32,000 nucleotides of DNA from Candidatus Methylomirabilis oxygeniifera (GTDB lineage: Bacteria; Methylomirabilota; Methylomirabilia; Methylomirabilales; Methylomirabilaceae): assembly GCA_000091165.1 (NCBI GenBank), contig FP565575.1:1500001-1532000 (forward strand). The letters run 5' to 3'. The notes below the pieces were generated by a model. That model searched no databases, was not told where the DNA came from, and worked only from the letters and a program-made list of their open reading frames with translations. Shown in pieces: positions 9,236-17,024 of this stretch. The position numbers and the translations under genes were made by a program. How positions within the stretch are numbered: position 1 is the stretch's first letter; each line of letters opens with the position of its first letter.

Positions 9236-9345
9236 CATTGCGAGCAACTGAAAGGAGCACGACAATCTCACCGTTCTTGCCGACCCAACGTCATGGCTCC
9301 AAATACTGTGGGATTGCCGCGGTCGGTCCGCTCCCTCGCAATGAC
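9236..9345. repeat. MITE/REP-like long imperfect hairpin element with 11-bp perfect terminal inverted repeats GTCATTGCGAG ... CTCGCAATGAC
   Basis: GTCATTGCGAG at 9236-9246 and its exact reverse complement at 9335-9345. Inner arms also match (CAATCTCAC versus CAATCCCAC). The element sits in the 570-bp non-coding region between the divergent cheY-like and motA promoters. Confidence 0.55.
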
Positions 9346-9394
9346 CCATGGCGAGACTTTCTACCCTTTGGATGGATCACCGCGCTAATCCTAT

Positions 9395-9421
9395 TAAGTT
9401 TTGCGGACGGTGTGCCGATAA
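9395..9421 (+). promoter_or_regulatory. Sigma-28 (FliA) promoter for motAB
   Basis: TAAG(TTTT)-N15-GCCGATAA: the -10 at 9414-9421 matches GCCGATAA 8/8, and the -35 TAAG at 9395-9398 matches TAAA 3/4 with the canonical 15-nt spacer. It lies about 50 nt upstream of the motA GTG. Confidence 0.78.
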
Positions 9422-9471
9422 TCTAAGAGGGTTATGCAGTCCCTACGCTGACCATACTAGAAAGGAGACGC

Positions 9472-10338
9472 GTGCTAGCACTCATCGGAGTCGTTGTCGT
9501 CTTTGGGGCGGTGGTCGGTGGTTTCGCCATCGAGGGCGGGCCCATCCCGGTCCTTATCCAGCCGGTGGAGTTCTTGATTATCGGCGGCGCGTCGATCGGC
9601 GGCCTGTTGATCGCCGTCCCGCTGAAAGTTCTCAAGATTCTTATCAGCCAAGTCATGGGCATACTTGGGTCAGGTCTGGACAAGCAGGCATACCTGGAAG
9701 TCCTACAGGTGATGCACGATCTCTTTACAAAAGCCAAGAGAGAAGGGTTTACCGCCATCGATTCGGATCTCGCAAGTCCTGATAAGAGTCCGATCTTCTC
9801 CAAGTACAACACATTCACGAAACAACACCACGCGATGAACTTTCTCTGTGATTCACTGCGCCTGGTGGTTGACGGAGCGGTCGATCCCGAGGAACTTGAT
9901 GCCATCATGGATATCGAGTTAGACACGCATCATGAAGAGGGTGGTCAGGTTCCATCGATTCTGGCCAAGGTCGGCGACAGTCTGCCGGGTCTCGGCATCG
10001 TCGCCGCCGTCCTCGGTATCGTCATCACGATGCAGGCAATTGACGGGCCGCCGGAGGAAATCGGGCATAAGGTCGCCGTCGCGCTGGTCGGCACGTTTGT
10101 CGGCATCCTAGCGTCGTACGGCGTTGTTCAGCCGCTGTCCCAGAGCCTGGAGCACCAGGCACAATGCGAGGGGAAATACCTCGCCTGCATCAAGACCTGC
10201 TTGGTCGCATTTGCGCGTGGCGCGCCGCCGATCATTGCTGTCGAGTTCGGTCGGCGTGTCATCTTCAGCTACGATCGGCCATCGAATCAGGAAATGGAGT
10301 CGGCCTGCAAAGGGACACCCCTCAAGAGGGCGGCATGA
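9472..10338 (+). CDS. motA: Flagellar stator protein MotA
   Basis: 288 aa. N-terminal TM pair (LIGVVVVFGAVVGGFAIEGG, FLIIGGASIGGLLIAV), cytoplasmic loop, C-terminal TM pair with LPGLGIVAAVLGIVITM and ALVGTFVGILASYG. GTG start with AAGGAG 5 nt upstream. Confidence 0.93.
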   Translation: MLALIGVVVVFGAVVGGFAIEGGPIPVLIQPVEFLIIGGASIGGLLIAVPLKVLKILISQVMGILGSGLDKQAYLEVLQVMHDLFTKAKREGFTAIDSDLASPDKSPIFSKYNTFTKQHHAMNFLCDSLRLVVDGAVDPEELDAIMDIELDTHHEEGGQVPSILAKVGDSLPGLGIVAAVLGIVITMQAIDGPPEEIGHKVAVALVGTFVGILASYGVVQPLSQSLEHQAQCEGKYLACIKTCLVAFARGAPPIIAVEFGRRVIFSYDRPSNQEMESACKGTPLKRAA

Positions 10339-11261
10339 GCGAAGAGACAGAGAAGAACGACAACAGGCCACGTAAGATCGTCAAGAAAAAGGGCGGCCAC
10401 GGCGGCCATCACGGGGGCGCATGGAAGGTGGCCTATGCCGACTTCGTGACCGCGATGATGGCCCTGTTTATCGTGCTCTGGATCGTCGGCCAGAGTAAGT
10501 CGACAAAGGAGGCGATAGCCGGTTACTTCAAAGACCCATCCAACTTCTCAAAAGGCGGCTCGCCTGGCGGCCTCCAGTCCAAGGGGAGCATCGGGGTCCT
10601 GTCTAAAGGAGGCGATCCCGTCGTCGTCGCTCAGCAGGCGAGTCAAACGATGTCTCCTGAGGGATCGGAAGACACCCAAAAATCGCCCGAGGATAAGGAG
10701 CAAGATCGGATACACCTCGAGGAGGCGGCGGAACAGTTCAGACAGGTCATCCAGCGCGTCCCAACGCTGCAAGCGCTTCAAGGACAGATCCGGATCGAGA
10801 TTACCAGCGAGGGGCTTCGCGTCCAACTGATCGAAGGCAATCGGGACAGTTTTTTCGATCTCGGCTCGTCCAGACTGAAGCCGGTAACCCGTCAACTGTT
10901 GGCGGCTATCGCGCATGAGGTAGCTAAGCTTCCCAACCAGGTGGTCGTCGAAGGGCATACTGATGCCCGCCCGTACAGTGGGAATACCGGACGGGACTAC
11001 TCGAACTGGGAGCTTTCGACAGACCGAGCCAATAGCGCCAGACGCACGATGGAGGAGGTGGGGCTCAGGCGTAACCAGGTCTCCAGGGTGATCGGATATG
11101 CGGACCAACACCTGTTTAATCCAACAGACCCGCTCGATACGGCCAATCGCCGGATCAGTATCCTGGTGCGGTACCTGGCCGCACCGACTGAAGCTCCCGC
11201 TCCTTCGGTAGGGCTCAGAACAGACTTACCAGCCAATCCGGCCACCAAGGGAAAGAGCTAG
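10335..11261 (+). CDS. motB: Flagellar stator protein MotB (OmpA-like peptidoglycan-binding C-terminus)
   Basis: The ATG at 10335 overlaps the motA stop (ATGA). HGGAWKVAYADFVTAMMALFIVLW (plug/TM with the conserved Asp). C-terminal OmpA-like VVVEGHTDARP...NWELSTDRANSARR...NRRISILV. The longer track ORF from 10164 overlaps motA and is not preferred. Confidence 0.9.
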   Translation: MSEETEKNDNRPRKIVKKKGGHGGHHGGAWKVAYADFVTAMMALFIVLWIVGQSKSTKEAIAGYFKDPSNFSKGGSPGGLQSKGSIGVLSKGGDPVVVAQQASQTMSPEGSEDTQKSPEDKEQDRIHLEEAAEQFRQVIQRVPTLQALQGQIRIEITSEGLRVQLIEGNRDSFFDLGSSRLKPVTRQLLAAIAHEVAKLPNQVVVEGHTDARPYSGNTGRDYSNWELSTDRANSARRTMEEVGLRRNQVSRVIGYADQHLFNPTDPLDTANRRISILVRYLAAPTEAPAPSVGLRTDLPANPATKGKS

Positions 11262-11289
11262 GGGAAGAAAGGATGGGGAAACCCGGCCG

Positions 11290-12753
11290 TCAGTCAGCGT
11301 CGGGTGTGATGGTTTTCCCGAGGCTTCCGGAATTGTATTGAGAATCATGGGTGAGCTTGGTTCGCAGTGTCTGCCGTGAGATCCCCAGTACCTTGGCCGC
11401 CTCTGTCTTGTTCCCGCCGACTTCCTTAAGGATCCGGCCGATATAAGCCCGTTCCACCTCAGCCAGACTGTGCAGCGAACTGCCTTTGACGCTATCGACC
11501 GGTCTATCCCAGGCCTGGTCGAAGGAACAGGGCATCAGGGAAGCGGCAGGCACATCGATGATCGGGGCCTCTCGGGTGACTCCGACTTCGGTAATCTCCG
11601 ACGGCAGATGAATCGGGTGGATGTACTCTTCCGTCTCCATCATCACCAGATAATCGACAACATTCCTGAGGTGCCGGACATTCCCAGGCCAATCATACCG
11701 CTCGAATCGTCGCTCGACATCCGGCGTCAACCCTCGAATCTTCTTCCCAAAAACGGCATTGCTCGACTGGAGGAAAAATTCCGCCAGCGGCAAGATGTCG
11801 GCCCGACGCTCACGCAGAGGGGGAATGGCGATCTGTATCGCGTTCAGTCGGTAGAAGAGATCCTCCCGAAACCTCCCTTTTGCGACCAACTCCTTGAGGT
11901 CGCGGTTACTTGCCGCCACGACCCGCACATCGACATGCAGATCATGCACCCCCCCAACCCGACGAAACTTCCAGTCCTCGAGGAAGCGAAGGAACTTCGC
12001 CTGAAGTCCCAGCGCCATCTCGCCGATCTCATCCAGAAAGAGCGTCCCATGGTGGCTTACCTCCGCCAGACCTCGCTTGGCGCCTTTCGCGTCTGTAAAG
12101 GCGCCGCGTTCATGCCCGAACAGCTCGCTCTCGAACAGGTTCTCGGCGATGGCGGCACAGTTGACATCGACAAAGGGATGCGCGCGCCGCTGCGATTCGT
12201 AGTGCAGGGCTTTCGCCACCAGCTCCTTTCCGGTCCCGGTCTCGCCGCTGAGTAACACGATACGGGTCGAACTGGCAGCGACTCGCTTCACCACCTGCCA
12301 CAACGCGTCGGCCGCCTCGGATTTCCTGACGAATACCCCGCATCGGTACGCCCCCTCGCCGATCCCGTGCAGGCGTTCCACCTCCTGGCGGGTCCGCACC
12401 TCTTCCAGTACACGATGCAAAATCAGCCTCAGCTCATCCAGATCAAACGGCTTACAGATATAATCGTAGGCGTGGTGTTTCATCGCCTCTACGGCGCTCC
12501 GGACCTCGCCATAGGCGGTCATGATGATGATCGGTGGGCCGCCGGCCCTCCAGATCCGCTTCAAAAGCTGAATACCGTTCACGTCCGGCAGAATGAGGTC
12601 GAGCAGAATCAGATCCGGAGAAAGTCGTTGGCAAATGTCAATCGTCTCGGCGCCATCCGCAGCCGTGAGCACGGTGTGTCCTTCCCGCTGCAAGGCATCG
12701 GTCAGCGTCAGTCTCAGATTCTTCTCATCATCCGCTACAAGGATAAGGGCCAT
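11290..12753 (-). CDS. Sigma-54-dependent response regulator (NtrC family; candidate top-tier flagellar activator)
   Basis: 487 aa. REC with LILVADDE and LILLDLILPDVNG (acceptor Asp retained). Walker A GETGTGKE, ESELFGHERGAFTDA (GAFTGA variant), C-terminal HTH AAKVLGISRQTLRTKL. Start overlaps the upstream kinase stop (TGATG). Confidence 0.9.
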   Translation of the reverse strand: MALILVADDEKNLRLTLTDALQREGHTVLTAADGAETIDICQRLSPDLILLDLILPDVNGIQLLKRIWRAGGPPIIIMTAYGEVRSAVEAMKHHAYDYICKPFDLDELRLILHRVLEEVRTRQEVERLHGIGEGAYRCGVFVRKSEAADALWQVVKRVAASSTRIVLLSGETGTGKELVAKALHYESQRRAHPFVDVNCAAIAENLFESELFGHERGAFTDAKGAKRGLAEVSHHGTLFLDEIGEMALGLQAKFLRFLEDWKFRRVGGVHDLHVDVRVVAASNRDLKELVAKGRFREDLFYRLNAIQIAIPPLRERRADILPLAEFFLQSSNAVFGKKIRGLTPDVERRFERYDWPGNVRHLRNVVDYLVMMETEEYIHPIHLPSEITEVGVTREAPIIDVPAASLMPCSFDQAWDRPVDSVKGSSLHSLAEVERAYIGRILKEVGGNKTEAAKVLGISRQTLRTKLTHDSQYNSGSLGKTITPDAD

Positions 12754-13808
12754 CAGGGTCGTCCTGACCGCCCATTAAGAGGCAGCCGCGCCACGATACT
12801 GCACCCCTGACCAGGCAGGATGCGGAGCAGCATGTCGCCCCCGTGGTCGACGAAGGTCTGCAGCGCCGCGACCAACCCCAATCCGGCTTCCTTGAGTCCG
12901 GACGAATCACGCAAACCGGAAAGCTGCCGCTCCCGCTCCAGACCGGTCTCACAATCGGTGTCGGTCACCTCCAAATCGATCGCCTGCTCATCGGGTCGAT
13001 GACGAGTGAAGACCGTCATCACACCGCCGCCCGGCATCGCTGTGGCAGCATTGGCAATCAGACGAGAGACGGCGGTCTCCATCTGCGTGATGTCGATCAG
13101 GACCTCCGGCATTCGCGGGTCGAGATCTCGTCTCAGTTGAATCCTCTGTCGCTGAAGTTGCGGCTCAGCGCGGGCCAGCACCTGCTCCACTACCGCGTTC
13201 AGAGAGGTCGAAAGGGGCCGTCCCCGATGGGTCCGTCCAAACTCCGTCATGCGTCTCAAGAACTGCTCCAGACGATGTCCCTCTTCAATGATGATCCCCA
13301 GGCGACGCCGGACAAGAGCTGAAGAGGCGGACTCTTCATGCAGCAACTGGGCACTGTTCAGAATCCCGGCAAGCGGATTCCTTACTTCGTGAGCAAACCA
13401 ACTCGAGAACTGTGAGAAGATCCCCAGGTGGCGCAGCACCGTCTTCTGCCGGTAAAGGCGCGTCCTGACCAGGAGATTCCTGACAACTTCTGCAGTCGAA
13501 GGAAGGACCAGCACATCAAATGCCCCGAGCCGAATCGCCGCAAGTGCTATGTCGAGGCGTAGCGTGAACACGGCCGGTACGATCGGCGTGTCTGGGGAGG
13601 CGGCAACCAGGCGGGAAACGCCCTTCAGCTCTATACTCTCCATCCTCTCCAGGCAAAAGATTATAAGGAGATAGGGCTTGTTCGCAAGAGTTGCCACAAC
13701 GTCGGATTGGCGACCAATTCTACTGACTTCTACGCCCTGGTATTCGAAAGCAGTGGCCACCAAGTCTACCGTGGATCTCTGCTCCCCCAGTACCGCAACC
13801 CGATCCAT
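12753..13808 (-). CDS. Soluble histidine kinase with an N-terminal pseudo-receiver domain
   Basis: 351 aa, no TM. The N-terminal ~120 aa have a REC-like alternating pattern but lack the acidic pocket (VAVLGEQ instead of DD; LLIIFCLERMES where the acceptor Asp is expected). H-box FAHEVRNPLAGI, ATP-lid region LIANAATAMPGGG, GLGLVAALQ. Confidence 0.8.
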   Translation of the reverse strand: MDRVAVLGEQRSTVDLVATAFEYQGVEVSRIGRQSDVVATLANKPYLLIIFCLERMESIELKGVSRLVAASPDTPIVPAVFTLRLDIALAAIRLGAFDVLVLPSTAEVVRNLLVRTRLYRQKTVLRHLGIFSQFSSWFAHEVRNPLAGILNSAQLLHEESASSALVRRRLGIIIEEGHRLEQFLRRMTEFGRTHRGRPLSTSLNAVVEQVLARAEPQLQRQRIQLRRDLDPRMPEVLIDITQMETAVSRLIANAATAMPGGGVMTVFTRHRPDEQAIDLEVTDTDCETGLERERQLSGLRDSSGLKEAGLGLVAALQTFVDHGGDMLLRILPGQGCSIVARLPLNGRSGRP

Positions 13809-13833
13809 AAGCCGGAAGCTCTACCTCATGTAT

Positions 13834-13859
13834 CTCCTCTCTTCGTCGTACGAGAGGAG
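13834..13859 (-). other. Leader hairpin (8-bp stem CTCCTCTC/GAGAGGAG) that sequesters an SD-like GGAG ahead of a 2-codon mini-ORF
   Basis: Direct reading: the arms at 13834-13841 and 13852-13859 are exact complements with a 10-nt loop. On the - strand the 3' arm GAGAGGAG is followed by ATG AGG TAG (13829-13821), 12 nt before the kinase ATG (13808). The kinase ATG has no good SD of its own. Confidence 0.4.
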
Positions 13860-13927
13860 GCAGTGACGGATCTGCCCGCTGTCTGGACTCAGATATGATG
13901 CTACACGGTCTCCCAAATAATCGTAGC

Positions 13928-13956
13928 ATATTATGACGTGTTTTCCAGGTCGTCAA
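13928..13956 (-). promoter_or_regulatory. Candidate sigma-70-type promoter for the pseudo-receiver HK / sigma-54 activator operon
   Basis: Reverse complement: TTGACG (13956-13951), exactly 17 nt spacer, TAATAT (13933-13928), in the most AT-rich part of a 307-bp intergenic region. A 7-bp inverted repeat ATGCTAC/GTAGCAT (13898-13904 and 13923-13929) overlaps the -10 and start region. Confidence 0.5.
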
Positions 13957-14115
13957 GCACTAAGTGTTATTTGCTAACCGAATCAGCTATTATTTACCAG
14001 GTTCTCCGGCATCTGGCGAATATCGGCGGGAATTGAGGAGATGGGTAAGAGGAGCACTTTTCCCCCTCGTGGAGACCCTGCCGGCACGCTGGGGATTGCT
14101 GTCTTTACTTGGGCA

Positions 14116-15603
14116 CTACCGGGAAAGATCGCGTGGGTCCGGGTGATACGGAAAAGGAGAGAGTGCGGCTAAGGCTTCGACGACATCGCTGTCGAACTGA
14201 AAGCCTGCACAACGACGAAGTTCTTCAACGGCCTGCTCAGGCGCTCGTGGCGTCCGATATGGGCGTGTGGTGGTCATGGCATCGTAGGCATCGGCTGCGG
14301 CCAGGATTCTAGACGCCAGCGGGAGCGCCGACCCGGAAAGTCCGTCAGGATAGCCATTACCGTTGATCCACTCGTGGTGATGTCGAACAATTATCGCCTC
14401 TTCCTGAAGGAAACTGAACGGCAGTAGGATCTTCCAGCTTAGTACGGGGTGTTCTTTCATTCGCTCGTATTCCTCAGGCGTAAGCCGTCCGGGTTTCCTG
14501 AGAATGGCATCAGGGATCCCGACCTTGCCGATGTCGTGGAGAGCCCCCGCGTATCGGACCAGATTTTCGACGTGGCTTCCCAGCTCCATCTGCCGACAGA
14601 TCGCCACAGCAACCCTGGCCAATCGCAACGAGTGTCCCTCGGTATACGGATCCTTGGCCTCAAGCGTTGCAACCAGGGCGCGCATCCCCTCAAAGACGCT
14701 CGATTCGACCGCCGTGTAGAGGGATACATTCTCGATCGCCATGGAAGCTTGTTGGGCGAGAATATCCAGCATCTCGCGGTCCGCCGCTAAGAATGAACCG
14801 GAACTGTGCCGGCTGGCCAGCGCCATTCCGCCGACGTGCCGCCCCTTCACGATCAGCGGAACCACGGTTGACGCACTCCCTGGCGGAAGACCCGCGACAA
14901 CCCACAGTTCGTCCATACTCTCTACCTCATCGCCAGGCTTCACGGTATCGCCGAAGCCCTTACTCGCGGTCACCCTCAGTCTCTCTTCAGCCTCCGACAT
15001 GACTAAGAGCGCTCCCAGTTCTGCTCCGGTGCCCCGCATGGCCAGTTCCAGAATTGTTGCCATGAGTCGTCCGAGGTCGTGGGTTCCACCCAGCACCCTA
15101 CCGGACTGCGCAATCAACTGAAGGGCGCGATTCTTCCTGATCAGGATCTCTTGAGGTCGATGACCGTTCGGTTTCGACGCTCTGGCCATTGGCTCCCCGG
15201 CCCCGTTCTCCGTCAGACCGCGCAGTTGCTGGACGCGCCGAACGAGATCCCGGATATCGTCCAGGTGAAACGGCTTGAGCAGACAGTCGAAGGCGCCGCG
15301 CCGGAGCGCAAAAAGCGCGACCTCCAGATCGACGTTCCCCGAGATCAGAACAACCGGAATGCCGACGGCCATGGCGCTCGATCGGTCGAGAATCTCAAGG
15401 CCGGAGGCGCCAGGCATCGTGATATCGCTCAGAATGAGGTGAAACGGCTCCGCGGCAATCTGCGTCAGGGCTGACGCTCCATCCGGGCACAGAGTCACCC
15501 GGCACTGTTCCGCCTCCAGGAGTTCTCCAAGGAGCTCCAGGATATCCGGATTGTCCTCAGCAACCAACACCCGCAACTCCTCTGCCATAGCGAATCCTCG
15601 CAT
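14116..15603 (-). CDS. Response regulator with GAF and HD-GYP domains (RpfG-type c-di-GMP phosphodiesterase)
   Basis: 495 aa. REC (RVLVAEDNPDILE, LILSDITMPGASG). Central GAF-like region (GAELGALLVMSEAEERLRVTASKGFG...VVPLIVKGRHVGGMALAS). HD-GYP motifs: TEGHSLRLA, AGALHDIGKVGIPD, HHEWINGNGYPDGL, AADAYDAMTTTRPYR. The in-frame ATG at 15588 (MAEELRVLV) has the better SD (GAGGA, 7 nt) and may be the true start. Confidence 0.9.
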   Translation of the reverse strand: MRGFAMAEELRVLVAEDNPDILELLGELLEAEQCRVTLCPDGASALTQIAAEPFHLILSDITMPGASGLEILDRSSAMAVGIPVVLISGNVDLEVALFALRRGAFDCLLKPFHLDDIRDLVRRVQQLRGLTENGAGEPMARASKPNGHRPQEILIRKNRALQLIAQSGRVLGGTHDLGRLMATILELAMRGTGAELGALLVMSEAEERLRVTASKGFGDTVKPGDEVESMDELWVVAGLPPGSASTVVPLIVKGRHVGGMALASRHSSGSFLAADREMLDILAQQASMAIENVSLYTAVESSVFEGMRALVATLEAKDPYTEGHSLRLARVAVAICRQMELGSHVENLVRYAGALHDIGKVGIPDAILRKPGRLTPEEYERMKEHPVLSWKILLPFSFLQEEAIIVRHHHEWINGNGYPDGLSGSALPLASRILAAADAYDAMTTTRPYRTPRAPEQAVEELRRCAGFQFDSDVVEALAALSPFPYHPDPRDLSR

Positions 15604-15607
15604 GAGG

Positions 15608-16291
15608 TTAGGTCCGGCCGAACAACTTGCTTTTGCTCAGCACGAACTCCTCCTTCGTCAAGAGGCCCATCTGATAGAGCTTCCCCAGTCGTTCCAATTG
15701 GTTCAGCATCTGCTCGTCCTTCCGCGTCCCCTTAGCGGCGAAAGACAGGTTGGGAGGGAAAAGACTGATCTCCGCAATAGCCTCTGACGGTGTCATTCGC
15801 TGAGCATCTCGCGTGGTCGTCCGCATCGCCTGTTCCAACTCACGTCGACAGCGGCGGTTTTCTCGTACCAGCCGGATTCGTTCGCAGGCGTTCCGAACCC
15901 TGACGCAGACCTCTCCAATGTTCAGCGGCTTGAGCATCAGATCGTACGCACCGGCCTCCGTTGCCTCAGCAGCCGCGTCAGGCCACACGAATCCTGTAAC
16001 CAGAATTCCGATCAGATCGGGTTGTAGGCGCGTCGCTTCGCGAATGAGGTCGAGTCCCGTCATCCCGGGCATGCGGTAGTCGGTAATGAGCAGATCGAAC
16101 GGCTCATTCCGTAACAGCTCCAAGGCCGTTCGCGGATCGGCGGCAGTGGAGATGTGATGCCACGCCTCGCGCGCCAGAAGATCGGAGAGAACCGACAGGA
16201 CCAGTTCATCATCATCGACGATGAGCAGCGAGTACGGCCCAGCCGTCACGTCCGGCTCTGTCATGGAACTGTGAACAGATCGCTCCATCAC
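15608..16291 (-). CDS. Response regulator receiver fused to a C-terminal SHOCT-like short oligomerisation motif
   Basis: 227 aa. REC (LLIVDDDELV, LLITDYRMPGMTG, GILVTG, LMLKPL). The last ~30 aa, LERLGKLYQMGLLTKEEFVLSKSKLFG, match the SHOCT pattern (L..L...G.IT.EEF...K..LL). GTGATG start/stop overlap with the upstream ORF. Confidence 0.8.
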   Translation of the reverse strand: MMERSVHSSMTEPDVTAGPYSLLIVDDDELVLSVLSDLLAREAWHHISTAADPRTALELLRNEPFDLLITDYRMPGMTGLDLIREATRLQPDLIGILVTGFVWPDAAAEATEAGAYDLMLKPLNIGEVCVRVRNACERIRLVRENRRCRRELEQAMRTTTRDAQRMTPSEAIAEISLFPPNLSFAAKGTRKDEQMLNQLERLGKLYQMGLLTKEEFVLSKSKLFGRT

Positions 16292-16635
16292 CGCAAAGCC
16301 CTCGCCCTGCGAAGGTCGGCAAGGCCCGTCTCACGGAGATGCGCCTTCTCCTCTGGGTCCAGCGGCGCTCGCCCGATATCCTGAGCCGCCTCCTCGAGGA
16401 CCGCGTCGATGTCCGGAAGACGGATCTCCGACGGCGGAAGACTCTTTAGGCGCTCGACCACCTGTCCCAAGACTCGATCCAGGATCTGCCGTCGCTTCGC
16501 TTCGGTGGAAATGAGGACCTCGTCGCGAACGGCCGGGTAGGTATCGGCATCCTGCTCCTGACGCCTGCCGACGCCCGCACGGCTCTTCTCGTACGCCCTC
16601 ACCACCTCGAGTATCCGGACCTGATCGATTCGCAT
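16288..16635 (-). CDS. Hypothetical 115-aa protein in the late flagellar block (weak FlgM-like DxVxIS.EA motif)
   Basis: ORF with AAGGAG 7 nt upstream of the ATG, tightly packed between neighbouring genes. Only DEVLISTEAKRRQIL resembles the start of anti-sigma-28 FlgM domains. No firm family assignment. Confidence 0.5.
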   Translation of the reverse strand: MRIDQVRILEVVRAYEKSRAGVGRRQEQDADTYPAVRDEVLISTEAKRRQILDRVLGQVVERLKSLPPSEIRLPDIDAVLEEAAQDIGRAPLDPEEKAHLRETGLADLRRARALR

Positions 16636-16646
16636 GGCGGTCTCCT

Positions 16647-17006
16647 TCAGGAGATCCGATCGATGAATGCGTTCTCGGCCGGAGCGCAGGCCCGATAGCC
16701 TCCAAGTCCGGTCCGTCCGCGCCGGATTGAGGCCAGTTCAACCGCCGCCTGCTCGCGCCAGGCAAGCAGGGCGGCCTCATTTGCGCTATCCAACTCCGCA
16801 ATCTGCCGCCGCCACGTCTGGCACCTTACTCCGTCCTGCGCAGCCAAAGACGCCAGAAGAGTCTCCCGACGAGCGAGGAGCGCGAGCAGCCCCTCCAGAT
16901 CGCCGCTCCCAATGGCCTCACGCTGTTGCAGCGTCAGCTCAAGGATCTCGTCATGCTGTCGCGTCGTCTCTTCAGCGTTCACGTATCTCTCTGCCCTTTC
17001 ATACAT
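16647..17006 (-). CDS. Small helical protein, possible FlgN/FliT-like flagellar export chaperone
   Basis: 119 aa. HDEILELTLQQREAIGSGDLEGLLALLARRETLLASL fits the FlgN-family heptad pattern. Located directly after flaG-fliD-fliS. The assignment is tentative. Confidence 0.45.
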   Translation of the reverse strand: MYERAERYVNAEETTRQHDEILELTLQQREAIGSGDLEGLLALLARRETLLASLAAQDGVRCQTWRRQIAELDSANEAALLAWREQAAVELASIRRGRTGLGGYRACAPAENAFIDRIS

Positions 17007-17024
17007 CGGGCGTGTCCTAACACC

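Noticed and set aside
9115-9426. 103-aa + strand ORF in the cheY-motA intergenic region (also 9194-9388 and 9348-9782)
   Set aside because: It has no SD, it spans the MITE-like hairpin (its middle is just the translated repeat), and it runs through the sigma-28 promoter. Most likely non-coding.
11262-11289. Looked for a bidirectional intrinsic terminator between convergent motB and the sigma-54 activator
   Set aside because: The 28-nt gap (GGGGAAGAAAGGATGGGGAAACCCGGCC) contains no convincing stem-loop or U-tract, so no terminator is called.
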